Below are positions 1 to 8,158 of a stretch of 56,794 nucleotides of DNA, one piece after another. The translations under genes and the position numbers were made by a program. The stretch's first letter is position 1. Each line of letters starts with the position of its first letter. This DNA comes from a virus (Duplodnaviria > Caudoviricetes): the IMG/VR virus record IMGVR_UViG_3300032308_002493, positions 1 to 56,794 of that record, one strand, 5' to 3'. The notes beneath the pieces were generated by a model that was not told the DNA's origin, did not search any database, and saw only the letters and a list, made by a program, of their open reading frames with translations.

Positions 1-153
1 GCTGATCGAGCTGCCTGGCCGGGCCCGGCACTCCTTCTGGAGGCTGATGCAAGTGCTGCCGCAGCCGTAGCCGGTCGAGCACTTTTTCCGGGCTGCATCA
101 ATACGGGCTTCCAGCTCGGTCAGCTGGTGGCGGCGATTCGTATAGGGGTAGAT
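1..153 (-). CDS. 5' part of a Cys4-module cargo protein running off the left edge; no in-frame ATG (possible ATC start at 153, or a frameshift from the ATG at 170)
   Basis: Not in the ORF track. Reverse complement of 1-120 translates TELEARIDAARKKCSTGYGCGSTCISLQKECRARPGSSIS, nearly identical to the module at ~52522. Confidence 0.75.
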   Translation of the reverse strand, partial: MYPYTNRRHQLTELEARIDAARKKCSTGYGCGSTCISLQKECRARPGSSIS

Positions 154-198
154 GGCTGGCGCTGCGGCATGGGCCAGTCTGAAGCCCTAGGCCGCAGC

Positions 199-226
199 AA
201 AAAGCCCCCGCCGGGGAGCAGGGGCT
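199..226 (-). terminator. Rho-independent terminator
   Basis: Minus strand AGCCCCTGCT-CCCC-GGCGGGGGCT followed by a T run. Confidence 0.75.
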
Positions 227-318
227 GAGCTGGCAGCTGTTTATGTCGCCTCGGTATCTAGGCGAAATGGCCCTTGATGCCTTGTGCAATCAGCTATCCG
301 ATCGGGGCGGCCGTAGCC
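199..318 (-). ncRNA. Candidate ~120-nt small RNA
   Basis: Bounded by the promoter at 324-352 and the terminator at 199-226; stems TAGCTG/CAGCTG and TCGCCT/AGGCGA; no convincing ORF inside. Confidence 0.5.
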
Positions 319-323
319 GTAAG

Positions 324-352
324 ACTGTAGCGCGTCCGTAACGATCTGGCAA
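324..352 (-). promoter_or_regulatory. Sigma70-type promoter, copy 1 of 3
   Basis: TTGCCA-GATCGTTACGGACGCGC(17 bp)-TACAGT; identical to 35075-35103. Confidence 0.8.
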
Positions 353-450
353 AGGCAACTGTCTGGAATTTCCACTGAGTTGCCCTTGCCCTGCCAGGGC
401 CCAGACAGGCCATTGCCTGGGCGCCACGAAAAAGGTCTGGCGGCCTATGG

Positions 451-681
451 CTAGAGCATCAGCAGCAGGTCGGCGCTTACCCCCAGCACCTGGCAGATGG
501 CCCGCAGTTGCTCCGGGGCGGCTGCAGCCTTGCCCCGTTCGAGTTTTGCAATCCATGGCTGCTGGCAGCCGATCGCTTCCGCCAGCTGGGCCTGGGTGAG
601 GTTGCGCTGGTGGCGCAGGTTGCGCATGCGGCCCCCGAGCACTCGGCGCACGTAAAAGCCAGGGGCAATAACTGATTGCAT
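451..681 (-). CDS. XRE-family HTH transcriptional regulator
   Basis: LGGRMRNLRHQRNLTQAQLAEAIGCQQPWIAKLERG...ICQVLGVSADLL; start taken at the ATG at 681. Confidence 0.85.
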   Translation of the reverse strand: MQSVIAPGFYVRRVLGGRMRNLRHQRNLTQAQLAEAIGCQQPWIAKLERGKAAAAPEQLRAICQVLGVSADLLLML

Positions 682-744
682 TCCATGGCGGAATAATTCA
701 CACCAGGTTGGGCGGATTGCCTCAATCTGGCCACAGGTACAGCT

Positions 745-2094
745 GTGCCAGTGACGCATGAGTTGAGATTTGATCGGGGCTTGATTGCTCCGAATCGGAG
801 CTGGGAGAAAACCCCAGAGGGTTATATGCGGGTGCATGGCACTTTCGCCCGCACCGGCTGTCAGACCTACCGACGCCAGGACGGCAGCACCCAGGTGGAA
901 TATCGCCCAGAGGAGGAGGTGGCGCACCGCGATTCCATCCTCTCCCTGGGGGGGCTGCCGGTGACGCTGGAGCATCCGCCCACCCTGTTGACGCCCGCAA
1001 ACGCCCGCGAATACCAGCGGGGCAGCACCGGCTCAGAGGTGGTCTACGACTCGGGGTTTGTGAAGGGCACTGTCACCCTCACCGATGCGGCGATTATCAG
1101 CGCCGTCGAGCGGGGCGACGCGGTGGAGCTATCGCTTGGTTACCGGGTGGAAATTGACCACACCCCTGGCGTCGCCCCAGATGGCACCCGCTATGACGCG
1201 GTGCAACGCCACATTTCCGCAAACCACCTGGCGGTGACGCGCCAGGGGCGCTCCAACGGCGCCGGGGCTCCCGCCGGTGGCCGCCGGGTGGCCCTGCACC
1301 TGGATTCGGCTGAGATCACCGACTGGGCCGAGTCGGTGGACTGCCATCAATTTGATTCCCTATCTGCCCCGGAGGGCAACCACATGAGCACTGAATTTTC
1401 CAGTCGCAGCGATGGCCGCGGCCAAAAGCCCATGGCACCTGCCGCCATGGAAGAGGAGATGGAAGAGATGGAGGAGGTGATGGAAGAAGACCCCGATGCG
1501 GAGGGCATGGAAGAGGGGGAGATGGATCCTCCTGTGACCCCCAAGGCCAAGCGCCCCCCCGGTCGCCGCGACAGCTTCAGCAGCGACAGCGTTTCGCGTG
1601 CTGAATACGACCGGGTGCGCTCGGCCCTGACCGCCCGTATCTCACAACACGAAGCGGATCTAGGACGCCTCGATGCTTTATCCATCCGCCTGGATGAGCT
1701 GGAGAGCGAGATTGCTGATCAGCCAGGTGAGCGGCTTGATGCCGATCAATTCGATTCGCTGGTAAGCGAACGGGTGGAGCTGCTGGAGAAGGCCACCGCC
1801 ATGGCTGGTGAGCGAATTGATGCCGCCGGCAAAAGCGCCCGTGACATCCAGCTGGAGGCCCTGGATGCCATCGGCTACGACACCGATCGGCTGGATGGCC
1901 GAACCAACGAGTACGTGGCCGCCACCTTTGACGCCATGGCTGATCGGCCCGATGGCAGGCGGCTGGACAGCACCACAGCTCTGGCCCAGCTGTTGGGCCA
2001 GGCCGGCCGCCCCAGCGACAACGACGGACTGGCGGCCTACAAGGCGGCCACTGCCGCCGCTTCAACGCAGCCGCTGATGAATCACGCGGCCTGA
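745..2094 (+). CDS. DUF2213-family prohead protease/scaffold
   Basis: TPEGY, ARTG-Q-Y, EYRPEEEV, PVTLEHP, ELSLGY, YDAVQR-I-ANHLA motifs; acidic/coiled-coil C-terminus; upstream of capsid genes. Confidence 0.9.
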   Translation: MPVTHELRFDRGLIAPNRSWEKTPEGYMRVHGTFARTGCQTYRRQDGSTQVEYRPEEEVAHRDSILSLGGLPVTLEHPPTLLTPANAREYQRGSTGSEVVYDSGFVKGTVTLTDAAIISAVERGDAVELSLGYRVEIDHTPGVAPDGTRYDAVQRHISANHLAVTRQGRSNGAGAPAGGRRVALHLDSAEITDWAESVDCHQFDSLSAPEGNHMSTEFSSRSDGRGQKPMAPAAMEEEMEEMEEVMEEDPDAEGMEEGEMDPPVTPKAKRPPGRRDSFSSDSVSRAEYDRVRSALTARISQHEADLGRLDALSIRLDELESEIADQPGERLDADQFDSLVSERVELLEKATAMAGERIDAAGKSARDIQLEALDAIGYDTDRLDGRTNEYVAATFDAMADRPDGRRLDSTTALAQLLGQAGRPSDNDGLAAYKAATAAASTQPLMNHAA

Positions 2095-2137
2095 TCGCTA
2101 CGCGATTGGCCCTTAGCAAATCCACCCTGGAGATCGC

Positions 2138-2719
2138 ATGTCCCCCCTTGTTTTTACCACCAACGCATCATCTATTGATGATGGCGCTCAAATCAGCTAC
2201 CCGGCCCAGGCAGATCGAGGCTTGCCGGGCCAAATTGCCACCAGCGCACTCACCACCATCCTCACCGGCGCCAATGAAACCGGCAGCCGGCTTCTCTACG
2301 GCGTGCCGCTGGCTGTCAATGGATCGGGCCAGCTGCCCAACTCTGTAACCACTCGCACCACTGCAGGGGCCATCCTGGGTATCTCCGCCCGTACTGCCGC
2401 ATTTGAGCGCACTGGCCCCGATAGCTCGCCCGCCTATGCCGACGGCATCCCTGATGGCCGGGCCGTGAACATTCTCACCCGTGGGGTGATCTATCTCGAT
2501 GCTTGGGAAGCCATCGCTATTGGCACCAATCCGGCCGCACCTATCCTGCGTTATTTCAAATCCGGCACCAATATTGGCCGTTGGGGTGTCACGGCTAGCG
2601 CCGGCAACAGCCTGCTGCTGGCGGCTGGTGGCTGGGCCATCCGCAAAGCCGCCGCCGCCGGTGGTGTGGTGATGGTGGAAATCAACACCCCTGCGGCGCT
2701 GACTTTCACCGCCGACTAA
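2138..2719 (+). CDS. Head decoration/cement protein
   Basis: Lies between protease and major capsid gene; GLPGQIA, YGVPL, VNILTRGVIY pattern. Confidence 0.75.
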   Translation: MSPLVFTTNASSIDDGAQISYPAQADRGLPGQIATSALTTILTGANETGSRLLYGVPLAVNGSGQLPNSVTTRTTAGAILGISARTAAFERTGPDSSPAYADGIPDGRAVNILTRGVIYLDAWEAIAIGTNPAAPILRYFKSGTNIGRWGVTASAGNSLLLAAGGWAIRKAAAAGGVVMVEINTPAALTFTAD

Positions 2720-2763
2720 GAAACCGCCCGCATTCTTTTTTATTCAATCGCACTAATCCTCCA

Positions 2764-3705
2764 ATGGGCTACAGCCAAACCCGACAGGATGCCCAGGCCG
2801 CAGCCGGAGCGTTCCTTGAAAATGATCTGCGTCAGAAGCTCAGCAAGTCATTTGAGAAACTTTACCCGGAGTATCATTACGCCCGGATCGTCCCCGTAAG
2901 CTTTGAGTTGGACGAAGGCGCCGAAACCTATAAATATGATCTGTTTGATCGCGTAGGCGATTTTGATCTGGTGGCCGATGCTGCCGACGACCTGCCCCTT
3001 TCCGATGTGAAGCGCGGCGAGGTTGTCAACAGTATTCGCCAATTTGCTGGTGCAACAAAATACACCACCGATGAGGTGAGGAGGGCGCAATTCAGCGGAA
3101 TTCCGCTTCAGCAGCGCCGCATGGACGCAATGCGCATGGCCTATGAGGAGCGGATGCACCGCACCTGCCTGTTTGGCTATGCCGGCACCGGCCTCAAGGG
3201 CTTTTTCAATCACCCGGCCGTGGACCGCCTGGTGGTCACGGGCAGCGCCACTGACGGTTGGTTTGATGCGCCCAACATCACCCCAGATCAGATGAACTCC
3301 CTGCTCAATGAGGGGATTTCGTATCAGGGTAACTTGACAGGCATGGTGGAAAATCCGGATACGCTGCTTCTGCCCTATACCGATTGGCGCAGAGTCAGCT
3401 CTACCCCCAGAAGCAGCAACAGTGACACCACTGTGCTGGAGTTTTTTCTTAAAACCAACGGCACGATCAAGAACGTTGAACCAATCAACGAATTGGATCT
3501 CGGCAAGAGCTTTGGCAACCTGACCGCCAAGCGAATGATCTATTACAAGCGAGATCCGTCAAAGCTGGAATTTCATATTTCCATGCCGCTCAAGTTGCTG
3601 CCGGCGGAGCCCCGCAACCTGGCATTTATCGTAAATGGAGAATCAAAATCTGGGGGCTTTGCCCCCTACTACCCCAAATCGATCACCTACGTCGATAAGG
3701 GCTGA
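2764..3705 (+). CDS. Major capsid protein (DUF2184 family)
   Basis: GAETYKY, ADDLP, GLKGFFNHP, PDTLLLP, TTVLEFF, YYPKSITYVDKG; size and position. Confidence 0.9.
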   Translation: MGYSQTRQDAQAAAGAFLENDLRQKLSKSFEKLYPEYHYARIVPVSFELDEGAETYKYDLFDRVGDFDLVADAADDLPLSDVKRGEVVNSIRQFAGATKYTTDEVRRAQFSGIPLQQRRMDAMRMAYEERMHRTCLFGYAGTGLKGFFNHPAVDRLVVTGSATDGWFDAPNITPDQMNSLLNEGISYQGNLTGMVENPDTLLLPYTDWRRVSSTPRSSNSDTTVLEFFLKTNGTIKNVEPINELDLGKSFGNLTAKRMIYYKRDPSKLEFHISMPLKLLPAEPRNLAFIVNGESKSGGFAPYYPKSITYVDKG

Positions 3706-3753
3706 TTTCCGCTAGCTCCCTGACCGGATCACACCACCACCACCCCATCGCCC

Positions 3754-4260
3754 ATGGCCGCTGCCACCTTGACCAGCCCAATCACTGATCCCGCCAAAAC
3801 TGCGGCCGCGCCGGCCGACCAGTCGGCGGCTACCGGCACCTTGGCAATTGCCTATACTCCTGAGGTGATTGATGCCGTTACCGCCAGCGTGCCGCCCGGA
3901 GCGTTTGCGATCAGCGTTATCAATTCGATCGGCGAATTTGAGCGGCTCAGCCTGGAGCCGGGCCTCAATTTTGGCATTGATGCCGATCTGTGGCAGCGCC
4001 TCCAGGCGCTGCCGGCCGTGCAGGAGTTGAACACCCTGCGGGCACTGGAGGTGATTCCGCTGGGGGGCAACAGCGTGAGTGACACCGCAGCCGCTGGCGT
4101 GACCGCCCTGAAGGGGGTGGAGGAAAAACAGGCCCTGCGGCTGGTGCTTGTCTGCCGCGATCTGAAACAGCTGCAGACCTGGCAGCCCATTGAAGAGCGC
4201 CATGCCGTGCGCCAGGCAATTCAGCGCAAAATCAACGCACTCAAGGCGGGCCAGGGCTGA
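3754..4260 (+). CDS. Hypothetical head-associated protein
   Basis: Clean ORF within the structural operon, coupled to the next gene. Confidence 0.7.
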   Translation: MAAATLTSPITDPAKTAAAPADQSAATGTLAIAYTPEVIDAVTASVPPGAFAISVINSIGEFERLSLEPGLNFGIDADLWQRLQALPAVQELNTLRALEVIPLGGNSVSDTAAAGVTALKGVEEKQALRLVLVCRDLKQLQTWQPIEERHAVRQAIQRKINALKAGQG

Positions 4261-4580
4261 TGGCCGCTCCCAGCCTGGAAATTTTCCTGGAGCGCTTCCC
4301 GGAGCTGGAAATTCATCCGGTGCCGGTGCTTGAGCATGCCCTGGAGATGGGGGCGATCATCTGCCCCGATCAGGTGTGGGGCGACCTTGCTGATGCCGGG
4401 GCTGGCTACTACGCCGCCCACCTGGTGGACATGCGCCACCGGGAGATTGGCGCCATGGTGGGCCAGCCGGTGACTGGCATCAGCGGCGGCAACAGCCAGG
4501 AGGGCAGCAGCGCCACCTTCTACGGCCAGCAGTACGAAGCGCTGCGCAAAACACTGCCCACAACTGGTTTTGTGTTCTGA
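4260..4580 (+). CDS. DUF4054-like head-tail adaptor
   Basis: FLERFPE, YYAAHL, TFYGQQY motifs. Confidence 0.8.
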   Translation: MAAPSLEIFLERFPELEIHPVPVLEHALEMGAIICPDQVWGDLADAGAGYYAAHLVDMRHREIGAMVGQPVTGISGGNSQEGSSATFYGQQYEALRKTLPTTGFVF

Positions 4581-4984
4581 TGCACAGCCCCCTGGCCAGC
4601 ACCACCAACGGCAACCCCTGGGGCGCCTGGGGCAATGCCACGCTCACCTTTTTGGTGAGTGGCCTCACCACCGTGGACGACCCGGAAACGGGTAACCCGG
4701 TGCCGCGCCAGGACAAGTTGATTTATCAGGCAGCCCTGCGGCTGCGCAGCCCCAACCACACCAGTCAACCCGGGGCGGACATGACCGCCTATTCAGTGAC
4801 GGGCCAGCTGCTCAATCCAGCTCAGTTCGATTCGCGGATTGGCAATGGGGCGCAGGCAGAGGCCGTGATCAATGGTCACCAGGGGCGCCTGGAGCTCACC
4901 TTGGACCTGACTACTCCCGTGGCCATGAATCAATTCCTGCGCCAACCAGTGCAGGGCACATTCCGCCTGCTGGGGGGCAGCTGA
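4580..4984 (+). CDS. Putative head closure protein
   Basis: Position; DPETGN motif; overlapping start/stop. Confidence 0.6.
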   Translation: MHSPLASTTNGNPWGAWGNATLTFLVSGLTTVDDPETGNPVPRQDKLIYQAALRLRSPNHTSQPGADMTAYSVTGQLLNPAQFDSRIGNGAQAEAVINGHQGRLELTLDLTTPVAMNQFLRQPVQGTFRLLGGS

Positions 4985-5394
4985 TGGCAATCCAACTGCA
5001 ACAGCTGGATGAGGCGCTGGAGGAAACCTTCAACGATCTGGCGGCATTCCTGGCCAAAAAATTCACCGACGAGATCCGGGCCGAGAAATGGACCTGGCCC
5101 AACCAACCATCCCCTCGGGACATTGTTGATACCGGCAACCTGGCCAAATCGCTGCGGGTGGAACCAGCCACCGTGGAAAGCGATGGCCGCATCCTGCTGG
5201 AATTTAAGTGGGCCACTGAATACGCTGCGGCGGTTCATGACGGGGCGGTGTTCAGGCGCCCGGATGCCCAGGGCAACCTGCGCACCATGCCGGCCCGCCC
5301 CTGGACCCGGCCGGTGCTTTATCAGCGGGAAAAAATCCAGGCCTATGTGCGCAAGCGGTTTGCCCTGGCCATGCGCCGGAGGCAGGGGCCATGA
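4984..5394 (+). CDS. HK97 gp10-like neck/tail completion protein
   Basis: IVDTGNLAKS, EYAAAVHDG, MPARPW motifs. Confidence 0.8.
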   Translation: MAIQLQQLDEALEETFNDLAAFLAKKFTDEIRAEKWTWPNQPSPRDIVDTGNLAKSLRVEPATVESDGRILLEFKWATEYAAAVHDGAVFRRPDAQGNLRTMPARPWTRPVLYQREKIQAYVRKRFALAMRRRQGP

Positions 5395-5831
5395 GCAACA
5401 ACCAGCTGATTGAACGGGGCCCCACCCTCTTGCAGCTGCGAGATGAGCTGCTGGCGCTATTTGGTGATCAGCTGGGGGTTTATGTGCTCCCGGCGGGCGA
5501 CACCAAACCAGCGTTTTGGATCACCGGTGGCGGCAAGGGTCAAGACCGGACCCCCCCTGATTGGAAGATCGAGGGGATTGAGTGCATCCTCAACCGCCGG
5601 CCCGTGCGCCAGCAGCTGGGGGGCCTGGGCACCATCCATGCCCTGCGCCGCTGGACGCTGACCTTCACCAGTTACGACACAAGTCAAAGCCTGGACGCGA
5701 TCGATCTGCTGCTGTTCCGGGGCTACCCGGAGGCGCAGCGGCGGCCGCGGCCTTTGACCGATGACCTGTACGAGCAGCTCACTGTAGAGCTGCCCGATGC
5801 GGTGACCATCCAACCACTCCCTCTCACCTAG
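5391..5831 (+). CDS. Putative tail terminator
   Basis: Position just before the major tail protein; size. Confidence 0.55.
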   Translation: MSNNQLIERGPTLLQLRDELLALFGDQLGVYVLPAGDTKPAFWITGGGKGQDRTPPDWKIEGIECILNRRPVRQQLGGLGTIHALRRWTLTFTSYDTSQSLDAIDLLLFRGYPEAQRRPRPLTDDLYEQLTVELPDAVTIQPLPLT

Positions 5832-5839
5832 GTATCCAA

Positions 5840-6859
5840 ATGGCTGATTTTGCAATTGGCGGCTCTTTTCATAAGGCCTCTCGCTCCCTGATCAGGGCCG
5901 TGGCCCTCACTCTCCCCAACCGCTACTACGCAACGCGAGATGCAGCCGGATTGATCACCCTGCCAACGCTGGCAGCAGGCGATAGCTACATCGAGATGCA
6001 GGGGATGACTAAGTTTTCGTTCAAAGTTGACATGAACGATCAGGAGTTCAGGCTGTTTGGCGATGACGGCTGGGCCGATTCGGTGACCACTGGCGGCAAG
6101 GTTACCGCTAGCTACGAAAGCTATTTCATGCGCAATATTGAACTGCCAAGCGGCGCCACTGTGCCAGAGTTCAGGGGCAGCTATTCAGAGGATTTTGCGC
6201 TAATCGAGCGCAGTCGCAGCGACTTTGATGCTGAGGTTTACATTGAGCTGCTCAAGGAGATGGGCCGAGCCAATGGCAGCACCGGCAATTTCATCTACGA
6301 TTTTGCTGGCTTCAATGGCGTGTTTCGTGGCTACAGCGATGGCGGCGAAAGCCAAGGTATCTCAACGATCAGCGGCGAATTTATGTCTCGGGGTCGCCCG
6401 GTGTTCGGCCGCTACGACGCCGGCAGCACCCCATTGAGCATCGGTGCGCTGCAGAGCAGCCAGCTGAGCACCGCCAACACCTCTGGCACGCGCCGCTGGG
6501 CTGTGGTGCCGCTGGATAACGCCTCGGCCGTGGTGGTGAGCTCTGCAATCACGATCACCTACACCACCGATGGCACCACGGCGCTCACCCAGCTATCGCT
6601 GCCCCCCGCGGGTGGCGGCGGTTTCCGCCTGGAAAATGCCAGCTCCGGTGTGCAAATCCCCGCCGGTGTGGCCCTTGGCGGCGGCAGCAGCAACGTGATC
6701 ACCATCACCCCCACCACCTCCCTGCCGGCCGCCACAATCCTGCGGTTGCGGGTGGCCGATGGCGCCATCAACCAAAGCCTCGATTCCAGCGGCAACCCAT
6801 CGGCCAGCGGCATCCGCCGGCCTTTGCAGGGCTTCTCCACCACCTTCCGCACCGCCTGA
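5840..6859 (+). CDS. Major tail protein with C-terminal Ig-like domain
   Basis: DDGWADSV-TG tube motif; C-terminal VVPLDNASAV...ITITY...VITITPTTSL...FSTTFRT is Big_5-like. Confidence 0.8.
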   Translation: MADFAIGGSFHKASRSLIRAVALTLPNRYYATRDAAGLITLPTLAAGDSYIEMQGMTKFSFKVDMNDQEFRLFGDDGWADSVTTGGKVTASYESYFMRNIELPSGATVPEFRGSYSEDFALIERSRSDFDAEVYIELLKEMGRANGSTGNFIYDFAGFNGVFRGYSDGGESQGISTISGEFMSRGRPVFGRYDAGSTPLSIGALQSSQLSTANTSGTRRWAVVPLDNASAVVVSSAITITYTTDGTTALTQLSLPPAGGGGFRLENASSGVQIPAGVALGGGSSNVITITPTTSLPAATILRLRVADGAINQSLDSSGNPSASGIRRPLQGFSTTFRTA

Positions 6860-6865
6860 TCCTGA

Positions 6866-7126
6866 GTGCAGGACCCAGGCTTCTACCCCCTTCTTGCTCA
6901 TGGCGAGGGGGGGGTGTTCTTAATTCACTGCGACGTGGCCAATGGCCGCATCCAGGCCGCATTGATGCTGGTGATGCCAGGGTTCCCCGAGGCCTGGGCA
7001 CAGCTCACCAGCGAAGCCGACTACCAAGGCGACCGCTGCGCTGTAATGCTGCCATCACGCTGTGTGAATGGTGGCAACCCGTCTAGGGTATATGCGGTGG
7101 ATTTGCCCTACCGTCCACTTTCCTGA
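6866..7126 (+). CDS. Hypothetical protein
   Basis: ORF filling the gap in the tail operon. Confidence 0.55.
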   Translation: MQDPGFYPLLAHGEGGVFLIHCDVANGRIQAALMLVMPGFPEAWAQLTSEADYQGDRCAVMLPSRCVNGGNPSRVYAVDLPYRPLS

Positions 7127-7134
7127 ATGCCTCT

Positions 7135-7719
7135 ATGACATCGGCCAGCGCCCTGGTTTTTGAGAGCTTCGCCAAGCACTTTGAGCAGTTCGGGGTAATC
7201 CGTTTGCGGCGCTATGACGACCTGCTGGGCGGCGAAATCGAGGAGTACGAGCGCCAGAACCGCGAAAGCGCCAATGCCCTGCTGGAGATGAACGAGATGG
7301 CCCGGGCCATCGGCGAGCATCCAGATAGCGGCCTCACGGCCGATGAGGCGATGGATTTGTTGACCAACCCCGCATTGGCCACACCCCCCAAGGTTGCCCT
7401 GCTGATGAAATACGGCGGCCCGGGTGGGCTCGCAGCGGTGGCGGCCGTGATGCCAGCCCAGGCCGAGCAGCAAACCCGCATGCTCACGGTGGTGCTCCAG
7501 TCCAGGGGATCGGTGCAAAACGAAGACGGCAACTGGCTGCCCCTGGACGGCGCCTGGAGCGATAGCAACAGCCGCCAACTGCCCGGCAAGATTCGAGAGG
7601 GTATTTTGGCCTTCATTGGCCGGGAGGCCAACGGCGGCAAACCGGGAAACGCGCCGGCGGCCAAGGGGAAAAGAACCAGCTCCCCAGCAGCCAACCCGCC
7701 AGCATCAGCGAGCGCATAG
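7135..7719 (+). CDS. Tail assembly chaperone (gpG-like)
   Basis: Between major tail and tape measure genes; in-frame slippery G GGA AAC at 7644-7650. Confidence 0.8.
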   Translation: MTSASALVFESFAKHFEQFGVIRLRRYDDLLGGEIEEYERQNRESANALLEMNEMARAIGEHPDSGLTADEAMDLLTNPALATPPKVALLMKYGGPGGLAAVAAVMPAQAEQQTRMLTVVLQSRGSVQNEDGNWLPLDGAWSDSNSRQLPGKIREGILAFIGREANGGKPGNAPAAKGKRTSSPAANPPASASA

Positions 7720-8141
7720 CTGAACTGCGGCGTTACCTGGAGCAGCCGCCAGTTGATTGGAACCGCTACTACTGGCGGCTGGTGAGTTCGGATCTGCATG
7801 ATCCACGGTTCCATGCCGATCAATTTGGCCGTCAACCGGTGCGCCACATCCTGGCGGCCATTGAATGGCTTGATGAACAGGATCGGCGGCGGGCCAACCT
7901 GACCAGCCACACCACCGCCCAGCTGGCATCTTTGGTGCTGGCAATCGGCAGCGGCGGCAAGGCCCAAGGCGATTACACCCAATTTCTGCCGTTCCTGGTA
8001 GAAGGCGCCGATGGCCGGCCGCGGCTGCCATCAAAGGCATTGGCCACGCTCCATCAGCTGATCCGCCAGCGCCGCCTGCCGATGCCGGTGATCGCCCTGC
8101 TGGCAGACGATTTGGCGGGAACGCTGAAACCAGCAGACTGA
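7644..8141 (+). CDS. Tail assembly chaperone gpT-like segment, read by -1 frameshift (fusion 7135-8141)
   Basis: The -1 frame is open from the heptamer: KRAGGQGEKNQ...ERIAELRRYLEQPPVDWNRYYWRLVSSDLHDPRF... into ORF 7782-8141. Confidence 0.8.
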   Translation, partial: GKRAGGQGEKNQLPSSQPASISERIAELRRYLEQPPVDWNRYYWRLVSSDLHDPRFHADQFGRQPVRHILAAIEWLDEQDRRRANLTSHTTAQLASLVLAIGSGGKAQGDYTQFLPFLVEGADGRPRLPSKALATLHQLIRQRRLPMPVIALLADDLAGTLKPAD

Positions 8142-8158
8142 CCCATAGGGTTTTGCTG

